A stretch of 32,000 nucleotides of DNA from Candidatus Didemnitutus sp. (GTDB lineage: Bacteria > Verrucomicrobiota > Verrucomicrobiia > Opitutales > Opitutaceae), in NCBI GenBank assembly GCA_035545955.1, contig DASZXI010000057.1, forward strand, positions 63,280 to 95,279. The letters run 5' to 3'. Below the pieces are notes generated by a model that had not been told where the DNA came from, made no database searches, and saw nothing but the letters and a program-made list of their open reading frames with translations. Made by a program: the position numbers and the translations under genes. Below, piece by piece: positions 26,169 through 32,000 of the stretch. The stretch's first letter is position 1. Each line of letters opens with the position of its first letter.

Positions 26169-27299
26169 TCAGACGGGCGAATGTTTCCGTCCCGACACAG
26201 CGCCCCACCTCCGCATGATCCAGCGTCGCGCCGGCTTTTCAACGCCTTCGTGCAGGATCAGCGCGATGACGAGCGAGACGACCAGTAACACCACCCACAG
26301 GCTGAAGCTGTTGCCGGCGGCCATGATCTTGTTTCGCCAGACGCGTCCGGCCGGGAGATCCAGCCACACCACGGGCAGCATGTGGCCGAGAAAGAGGCAG
26401 TAGGAAAGTTCGCCGAGATAGATGAGAATCCGGCTCGTGACAAAATTCCACGCGGGTTGGAGGATCTGCTCGGCGCGCGCGATCGAATAGAGCATGGCAG
26501 CGGCGGCGGGGACGATGACGATGCTCCATCGCGTCCACAGATGTCCGAGTTCGTAGGTCGGGACCAGTTCAGCGACGCCCAGCAGCGCCAGCACCGACAC
26601 GACCACGGTGACACGCGGAAGCGCGCGCTGGCGCGGAGCCTCGAGGAGGTCGAGTCCGAGGAGGATTCCCACGACGAACTCGGGCAGACGCGCGAAAGGG
26701 CTGATATAGTAGATGAAGGTGCCCTGGCCGTTGAAAAAGAAATCGGCACTGCCGAACAGCCCGCTGAGCAAGACGAACGGAACGCAGGCGGTGAGGGTGC
26801 CCCATTTCCGGCGCAATCGGTCGAGCGGACGCAGCAGAAACGGGAACAGCGCGTAGAACGTGAATTCGTCACCGATCGTCCACGTGCCGCTGCTGACGGA
26901 AAAACGGAAGGCGTGCGGAAACCAGGCCTGCAGGCACAGAAAGCCGAGCAGATTGACATAGCCCCACGAAAGCCAGCCTCCCGCGTCGGCGACCGGGAAA
27001 ATGAAAAGCGCCGCCAGGTGGACGCAAAAATACGCCGGATAGATTCGGCTGAAACGGGCGAGGTAGAATGAGGAGATTCCGCCGGTCGTGAGCTCGGAAT
27101 AGCCGTAGGCCAGGACCAGACCCGACAGGATGAAAAAGACCGAGATCGCCATCGGTCCATTGTCGATGATCGGCAGGTAGGAGTCGCCGGCGGGGTAACC
27201 GCTCCGTCCCCGCAAATGATAGAGCACCACCCAGAAGGCGGCGAAAAATCGGAGAATGGTCAGGCCATTAAGCCGCTTGGGCAGGCCGGGCGAAATCAT
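26169..27299 (-). CDS. acyltransferase family 3 (OafA/YrhL-like) integral membrane protein
   Basis: 376 aa from ATG 27299 (the ORF track starts 36 codons upstream). LNGLTILRFFAAFWVVLYHL is the typical acyltransferase_3 N-terminus. About 10 hydrophobic segments. No SGNH domain. Confidence 0.85.
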   Translation of the reverse strand: MISPGLPKRLNGLTILRFFAAFWVVLYHLRGRSGYPAGDSYLPIIDNGPMAISVFFILSGLVLAYGYSELTTGGISSFYLARFSRIYPAYFCVHLAALFIFPVADAGGWLSWGYVNLLGFLCLQAWFPHAFRFSVSSGTWTIGDEFTFYALFPFLLRPLDRLRRKWGTLTACVPFVLLSGLFGSADFFFNGQGTFIYYISPFARLPEFVVGILLGLDLLEAPRQRALPRVTVVVSVLALLGVAELVPTYELGHLWTRWSIVIVPAAAAMLYSIARAEQILQPAWNFVTSRILIYLGELSYCLFLGHMLPVVWLDLPAGRVWRNKIMAAGNSFSLWVVLLVVSLVIALILHEGVEKPARRWIMRRWGAVSGRKHSPV

Positions 27300-27460
27300 G
27301 AGGGCGCGGACGGGAGTCCGGCCCGCCCTGAAGCGCCGTCGGGAGACCGGATTGCCGATGGATCGATCCTTGCCGACGGTAGCCGGCCGGCAACGGAAAA
27401 CGGGCACGGGCAGGACAGTTCGTCACTTGGCAATTCCGGCGGTTTCTGTTCCTTCAAAGC

Positions 27461-28492
27461 ATGTTCATCGACGAAATCTCGATCAAGGCCCGCGCGGGCG
27501 ACGGCGGACACGGCTGCATCAGCTTTCGCCGCGAAAAATTCGAACCCTGGGGCGGTCCGAACGGCGGCGATGGCGGCAAGGGCGGCGACGTCGTCCTCCG
27601 GGGCGACGACGACCAGAACAACCTGATCGATTTCAAATTCAAACCCAACTGGGTCGGCGAGCGCGGTGAGCACGGCCTCGGCAAGGATTGCAATGGCCGC
27701 GAAGGCCGGCCGGCGATCCTGCGGGTTCCGCTCGGTACCGTGGTGAAGAATCTCGAGACGGGCGAAGTCGTCACGGAAATTCTCAAGGACGGCGAGGAGT
27801 TCGTCCTGCTTCAGGGCGGCAAGGGTGGCTTCGGCAACACGCGCTTCAAGTCGTCGGTCAACCGCGCGCCGCGCAAGTCGGGTCCGGGCGAACCGGGAGC
27901 GACGGGAGAATTTCGCCTCGAACTGAAGAGCATCGCCGATGTCGGCCTGGTGGGATTTCCCAACGCCGGAAAATCGTCGCTGATGAACATGATCACGAAC
28001 GCGCGGCCGAAGATGGCGCCTTATCCGTTCACCACGCTGCATCCGCAGATCGGGATCATCGAGTACCCGGAGGAATATGAACGCATCGTGCTCGCGGACG
28101 TTCCCGGATTGATCGCCGGCGCCAGCGAGAACAAGGGACTGGGCCACCGTTTTCTGCGGCACATCGAGCGTTGCACCTTGCTGCTGATCATCGTCGACAT
28201 GGCCGGCACCGATGGACGCGACCCGCGCGACGACTACAAGGACCTGCTGAACGAGCTCAAACTCTACGACCCGGCGCTCCTGAAAAAGCCGCGTCTCGTT
28301 GCCGCCAACAAAATGGACGAGGAGGTTTCGGCGGCGAATTTGAAAAAATTCAAGGCCCGCCACAAGGGCGTGAAGTTGTTGCCAATATCTTGCCTCAGCG
28401 AAATTGGAATCCCCGAACTCAAGAAAGAACTGTTAAAATCGGTGCGCCGACTGCAACGGGAGCAAAATAAATCGCCAATCCGCGGGCGGTAA
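27461..28492 (+). CDS. obg: GTPase ObgE/CgtA
   Basis: 343 aa. Obg fold MFIDEISIKARAGDGGHGCISFRREKFEPWGGPNGGDGGKGGDV. G1 GFPNAGKSSL, G3 DVPGLI, G4 NKMD. Confidence 0.95.
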   Translation: MFIDEISIKARAGDGGHGCISFRREKFEPWGGPNGGDGGKGGDVVLRGDDDQNNLIDFKFKPNWVGERGEHGLGKDCNGREGRPAILRVPLGTVVKNLETGEVVTEILKDGEEFVLLQGGKGGFGNTRFKSSVNRAPRKSGPGEPGATGEFRLELKSIADVGLVGFPNAGKSSLMNMITNARPKMAPYPFTTLHPQIGIIEYPEEYERIVLADVPGLIAGASENKGLGHRFLRHIERCTLLLIIVDMAGTDGRDPRDDYKDLLNELKLYDPALLKKPRLVAANKMDEEVSAANLKKFKARHKGVKLLPISCLSEIGIPELKKELLKSVRRLQREQNKSPIRGR

Positions 28493-28508
28493 TGCATTTT
28501 TACGACTC

Positions 28509-29159
28509 GTGTCGCCTTCCAACACACCCTTCAAGCCTACAGGGTCCACCAACTCGCCTTTCAAGGTGGGTTCGACCTCCGGCTCGCCGTTCAAGGGTGG
28601 TCCCACATCGACATCGCCGTTCACGCCCGTCTCGGAACATCGCCAGTTGATGATGCGCGCGAACCGCCTTTTGGGTTCCGCGCTGATCGAGCACAACCTG
28701 GTGAAATTCGAGGATCTCGAGGTGGCGAACGAGCGTCTGCTGGAGTTGTCGGCGCAGGGGGATTTTCGCCAGGCCTCGGTGCTCGGTATTCTCGTCAATG
28801 AGAAGAAGGTGCTGCGCGAGGAGGACCTGATCCAACTTGCGGTGGAGGAGCAGGGTCTCGGTGCGGTTGACCTGCGTCACTACGACGTGCCCGACGAGCT
28901 GCGCAAGGAACTCGATCTCAGCATGTGCTGGGCGACCTGGACAGTGCCCTACGATCGCGAAGAGGATTTTCATTTTGTCGCGACGGCCTACAGCTTCAGC
29001 CAGGCGGTGCGCACGCACTGGGAAAAAAAACTGCAGGGTCCGGTGATCTGGCAGGTCACATCAATGGAGGTGATCGCGGACTTTCTCGACCGGTTGCAGA
29101 CGGAGCGTGAGGTGCCGACCAAGATCAGTCCGTCCAAGGCGCCGTTTTCACCCAGCTAA
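28509..29159 (+). CDS. stand-alone T2SSE_N (GspE/PilB N-terminal, GSPII) domain protein with N-terminal SPFK tandem peptide repeats
   Basis: 216 aa from GTG 28509, 16 nt after the obg stop. N-terminus: NTPFKPTG-STNSPFKVG-STSGSPFKGGP-TSTSPFTPV. Residues about 50-195 follow the T2SSE_N pattern (LLGSALIEHNLVKFEDLEVANERLLE...VLGILVNEKKVLREEDLIQLAVEEQGLGAVDLRHYDVPDELRKELD...WTVPYDREEDFHFVATA...VIWQVTSMEVIADFLDRL). No ATPase domain. Confidence 0.7.
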   Translation: MSPSNTPFKPTGSTNSPFKVGSTSGSPFKGGPTSTSPFTPVSEHRQLMMRANRLLGSALIEHNLVKFEDLEVANERLLELSAQGDFRQASVLGILVNEKKVLREEDLIQLAVEEQGLGAVDLRHYDVPDELRKELDLSMCWATWTVPYDREEDFHFVATAYSFSQAVRTHWEKKLQGPVIWQVTSMEVIADFLDRLQTEREVPTKISPSKAPFSPS

Positions 29160-29162
29160 CGC

Positions 29163-30887
29163 ATGCCTCTCGGACGCATCCAGACTCAGATCATCGACAA
29201 GCTGGAGGAGATGGGAAAACTTCCCACCGACCAGAAGGCGATGCTGTTGTCGCGTCCCGACGAGCTCACCGGCGACCAGCTCGACCAGCTGCTGCAGCTC
29301 GACTACAAGATCACGCCGTTCCAGCTGCACCTGGCGAAGTGTCGCGCGCTGGGCCTGACTCCGTTCAACGTCGCCCGCTACAAGATTTACAATGGCACCT
29401 TCGAGCGGATCGACCTCGAGTTCTGTCAGAAGAACACAATTTTGCCGGTCGGGCAGGTGGGCAGCATGCTGCTGGTGGCGTTCGCGAACCCGTTCGAGAC
29501 GACGGTGGCGGCCAAGATCCAGGACAAGACCGGTCTGCGCGTGGTCCGCCTGCTGGGCCGCGAGCAGGACATCCGCGAGAAGCTCAAGAAGGATGTCGAT
29601 CGCGAGGAAGTGCGTTTTTCGGACGTCGTCGACCAGCTCGGTGCCGAGTTCACCGAGACCGAGGTCGAGATCAAGGACGAGGATCTCGAGAGCGAGGAGT
29701 CGGCGCCGATCATCCAGCTCGGCAACCGCATCATCGAGGACGCGTATTTCGCGGGCGCGTCCGACATCCACATCGAGCCGTGGGAAAAGGAACTCGTGGT
29801 CCGCTATCGGGTGGACGGCCTGACGCAGGAGAAGTTGCGCCTGCCGATCAAGGTCGCGGGCGCGCTCGTCGCCCGCCTCAAGATCATGTGCAACCTCGAC
29901 ATCGCCGAACGGCGTTTGCCGCAGGACGGCCGCATCGTCTTCAAGCAATACAACAAGAAGAACATCGACATCGATCTCCGCGTCTCGACTGCGCCGCTCA
30001 ATCACGGCGAGGGCGTGGTGATGCGTATTCTCGACAAGCAGAAGAGCATGCTGCCGGTGACAGCCCTTGGTTTCACCGAGGAGAACCTCGCCCGCTACCG
30101 CGAATGCATCCGCCAGCCCTACGGGATGATTCTCCATTGCGGACCGACCGGCTCGGGCAAATCGATGACGCTTTATTCAGCGCTGAACGAGATCAACACG
30201 TCGGACGTGGTGATCCGCACGGCGGAGGATCCGATCGAATACACGCTGCCCGGCATCAACCAGATGCAGATGCACCGGCAGATCGGCCTCACGTTTGCGA
30301 CGGCGTTGCGCGCGTTTTTGCGTCAGGATCCGGACATCGTGCTCGTGGGCGAAATTCGCGACAAGGAGACGGCGAACATCGCCGTCGAGGCCGCGCTGAC
30401 CGGTCACCTGCTCATTTCCACCCTCCACACGAATGATGCGGCCAGCACGGTGGCGCGCCTCACCGACATGGGCATCGAACCGTTTATGGTGTCATCGTCG
30501 CTCGTGTGCGTATGCGCGCAGCGCCTGATGCGCCGCGTCTGCAAAACCTGCCGCCAGCCGTATCAGCCGGAAGGACGCGAGAAGGCGGTCCTCGAGAAGG
30601 CGATTGGGTGGTCGGGACAAATCTACAAGGCGAACCCGAAGGGCTGCCCGAAGTGCAACGGCGTCGGCTACAAGGGCCGCGTGGGCATCCACGAGCTGAT
30701 GGTCGCCAACGAGGAGCTGGTCGAGGGCATCAACAAGGAGCTCGAGACTTCGGAGCTGAAGAAGATCGCGATGCGCGGCGGCATGAAGACGCTGCACCAG
30801 GACAGCATGCACAAGGTGAGGGAAGGCCTGAGCACGATGGCGGAGGCGCTGAGCATCGTGACGCAGGACATGGAATTGCGCGGCTGA
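29163..30887 (+). CDS. pilB: type II/IV secretion-system ATPase (PilB/GspE family)
   Basis: 574 aa. ATG lies 3 nt after the preceding stop. Own T2SSE_N domain ([22 protein letters not shown]). Walker [11 protein letters not shown], Asp box RTAEDPIEY, Walker [12 protein letters not shown], His box [10 protein letters not shown]. Tetracysteine zinc site CKTC...[12 protein letters not shown]. Confidence 0.9.
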   Translation: MPLGRIQTQIIDKLEEMGKLPTDQKAMLLSRPDELTGDQLDQLLQLDYKITPFQLHLAKCRALGLTPFNVARYKIYNGTFERIDLEFCQKNTILPVGQVGSMLLVAFANPFETTVAAKIQDKTGLRVVRLLGREQDIREKLKKDVDREEVRFSDVVDQLGAEFTETEVEIKDEDLESEESAPIIQLGNRIIEDAYFAGASDIHIEPWEKELVVRYRVDGLTQEKLRLPIKVAGALVARLKIMCNLDIAERRLPQDGRIVFKQYNKKNIDIDLRVSTAPLNHGEGVVMRILDKQKSMLPVTALGFTEENLARYRECIRQPYGMILHCGPTGSGKSMTLYSALNEINTSDVVIRTAEDPIEYTLPGINQMQMHRQIGLTFATALRAFLRQDPDIVLVGEIRDKETANIAVEAALTGHLLISTLHTNDAASTVARLTDMGIEPFMVSSSLVCVCAQRLMRRVCKTCRQPYQPEGREKAVLEKAIGWSGQIYKANPKGCPKCNGVGYKGRVGIHELMVANEELVEGINKELETSELKKIAMRGGMKTLHQDSMHKVREGLSTMAEALSIVTQDMELRG

Positions 30888-30915
30888 TCGGGCTCGGCGT
30901 TCCGCGGCGCAGGCG

Positions 30916-31270
30916 GTAGGGATCGATGTCTCATCGATCCGCCGAAATTTTTTGAACCACGGAGGCACGGAGAACCAGAAAAGGACGGATTTCCGGTCCA
31001 CTTAATCCTGATCACCCTGCACCTGTCACTCGTCACTTGGATCGGGATTTGCCCACGAATCGCACGAATGCTGGCAAATCCGTTTTTGCCCACGGAACAC
31101 ACGGATCACACCGAAATCCTTCAGCTGTGGGAGCGGCTTTACGCCGCGAAGAATCGCATTGGTCGGAATCAAGTATCCGGTGAACTGAACCACAGAGGCA
31201 CCGAGACGGCGATAGGGATCGAGTCCCATCGATCCGCCGGAATTTGGTGGCCAACCGAAGAACCAAACGC
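30916..31270. repeat. repeat-dense non-coding region: two homologous ~70 nt hairpin+tail modules and several CAC-word micro-tandem repeats
   Basis: Copy A: GGTAGGGATCGATGTCTCATCGATCCGCCGAAATTTTTTGAACCACGGAGGCACGGAGAACCAGAAAAGG (30916-30985). Copy B: GATAGGGATCGAGTCCCATCGATCCGCCGGAATTTGGTGGCCAACCGAAGAACCAAACGC (31211-31270). CAC-word repeats at 31052-31070, 31089-31115 and 31189-31207. Confidence 0.65.
30919..30953 (+). terminator. candidate intrinsic terminator after pilB (hairpin embedded in repeat copy A)
   Basis: The 9 bp stem GGATCGATG (30920-30928) pairs with CATCGATCC (30932-30940), loop TCT. It is followed by GCCGAAA and a T6 run (30948-30953). Confidence 0.45.
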
Positions 31271-31288
31271 TCGGTAGCGATCGATGCC

Positions 31289-31666
31289 TTAGCGCTTATC
31301 CGGCGGAACAGGGCGAATGGGGGCCGAGAACCGCGCGTGAACCACCGGGTCGACGGGTTTGTGTTTCACGAGCGTGCGCGCGGGCACCGCACCGAGGTAG
31401 TTGTTGTTCTTCCAGTTGGTCCGAGGGCGGATGGGGCGGGACGTGAATCCTCCGCCGCAATTTGGGCAGACATTGCCGAGAACGGTGTCGACGCAACTCG
31501 CGCAAAACGTGCACTCGAAGGAGCAGATGCGGGCGTCGGTGGCCTCGGGCGGCAGGGCCTTGTTGCAGTGTTCGCACGTCGGACGCAGTGCGAGTGCCTC
31601 CACGACGTCGAATTCCTCGTCGGTCAGGTTATATTTGCGACGGATTTCTTCCTTGGAGGTGGGCAT
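31289..31666 (-). CDS. DUF1272 domain (Cys-rich zinc-ribbon) protein
   Basis: 125 aa from ATG 31666 (the ORF track begins at TTG 31714). LRPTCEHCNKALPPEATDARICSFECTFCASCVDTVLGNVCPNCGGGFTSRPIRP matches the DUF1272 cysteine pattern as I remember it. It has an additional ~50 aa C-terminal extension. Confidence 0.8.
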   Translation of the reverse strand: MPTSKEEIRRKYNLTDEEFDVVEALALRPTCEHCNKALPPEATDARICSFECTFCASCVDTVLGNVCPNCGGGFTSRPIRPRTNWKNNNYLGAVPARTLVKHKPVDPVVHARFSAPIRPVPPDKR

Positions 31667-31824
31667 GGTGAAAGTTGGAAGAGCGAGATTGGGCCAGGTG
31701 GAGGAGACTGCCAAGTCGGTTGCGAATTTGCGTGATACAAGGGTCAGACGTTTCTCCCATGACAGCGGCGGGATTCACCGGGAAACGTGTCGACCGGCTG
31801 GCTGCACCTAGGATCGGTTCCGGG

Positions 31825-31871
31825 TGTTCGGTGTGTTCCGTGGGCCACGGAATGACGGATCGATGGGACTG
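31825..31871 (-). repeat. inverted, truncated copy of the pilB-downstream repeat modules
   Basis: The reverse complement reads CAGTCCCATCGATCCGTCATTCCGTGGCCCACGGAACACACCGAACA. This combines the TCCCATCGATCCG arm (compare 31224-31236) with CCCACGGAACACAC (compare 31089-31102). Confidence 0.55.
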
Positions 31872-32000
31872 TTTGGACCGAAGACAAGGGTAACACTCAG
31901 ACCGGAGACATGGGTAACACTCGGGGTTGGCGTGGCGAAGGGTTTTTTAGTCTTGGAGAGTGAGCCGAGCGGTGAGCTTACGGGCGAGGTGTTTGGCCAG

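Noticed and set aside
25826-26208. ORFs of 92 and 81 aa on the minus strand, and the idea that the repeated GGTAGGGG units are a CRISPR array
   Set aside because: The ORFs are translations of the repeat modules. The repeats are inverted and nested, not direct, with irregular spacing of under 20 nt. No cas genes or leader are present, so this is not a CRISPR array.
28650-28830. c-di-GMP-binding MshEN motif (RLGxx[LVI][LVI]xxG[LVI][LVI]xxxxLxxxLxxQ) in the stand-alone T2SSE_N protein
   Set aside because: The two candidate stretches are RLLGSALIEHNLVKFEDLEVANERL and VLGILVNEKKVLREEDLIQLAVEEQ. They keep the hydrophobic spacing but lack the conserved Arg-Leu-Gly register, the central Gly and the correctly placed Gln. 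c-di-GMP binding cannot be claimed from sequence.
13070-30137. Further antisense or off-frame ORFs (for example 13070-14176, 16101-16886, 17664-19184, 19472-20371, 20603-21442, 21409-22260, 23209-23961, 24642-25856, 27296-28363, 29148-30137, 29339-30436)
   Set aside because: The reasoning is the same. Each is fully nested in or opposite a gene with clear family motifs, and none shows recognisable motifs of its own.
31026-31277. Three short ORFs (67, 77 and 69 aa) between pilB and the DUF1272 gene
   Set aside because: They are composed of the CAC-word and hairpin repeats (for example FLPTEHTDHTE), with poor codon bias. They are spurious.
31947-32000. Possible 3' end of a minus-strand gene (...LAKHLARKLTARLTLQD, stop TAA at 31947-31949)
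   Set aside because: Only 17 codons are visible, which is too short to evaluate coding potential or family.

Overview
This is a high-GC bacterial chromosomal segment (GC judged by eye, not computed). A complete, co-directional division/cell-wall (dcw) cluster on the + strand dominates it (6258-25772): mraZ, rsmH, ftsL-like, ftsI, murE, murF, mraY, a ~290 bp gap, murD, a LysM protein, ftsW, murG, a murC::murB fusion, ddl, ftsQ, ftsA, ftsZ. Upstream lie the tail of fabZ, lpxA, a DUF971 protein (-), deoC (-), a cytochrome-c/PQQ-type sugar dehydrogenase, a small hypothetical, a VOC/PhnB-like protein and a secreted hypothetical (-). Downstream lie an acyltransferase-3 membrane protein (-), obg, a stand-alone T2SSE_N (GspE/PilB N-terminal) domain protein with N-terminal SPFK peptide repeats, a PilB/GspE-type ATPase and a DUF1272 zinc-ribbon protein (-). 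I saw no rRNA, tRNA, CRISPR array, transposase or recognisable defence gene. Many long ORFs in the six-frame track are antisense or off-frame shadows typical of high-GC DNA. I did not find a convincing self-contained novel multi-gene system, and most of the window is core housekeeping. The items most worth a second look are: (1) the stand-alone T2SSE_N/SPFK-repeat protein adjacent (3 nt gap) to an otherwise orphan PilB-like ATPase behind obg; (2) a membrane-anchored double-LysM protein between murD and ftsW; (3) a single-ORF MurC-MurB fusion; (4) a 290 bp gap between mraY and murD with a GC3-rich 68-codon ORF and an AT-rich tail; (5) four TGG(G/A) boxes at exact 10 bp phasing upstream of mraZ, a candidate MraZ operator; (6) several families of structured intergenic repeats concentrated after ftsZ and after pilB, some bracketing the DUF1272 gene in inverted orientation. 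The taxonomic guess (Verrucomicrobiota/Opitutales-like) rests only on my memory of gene order and repeat style and is unverified.
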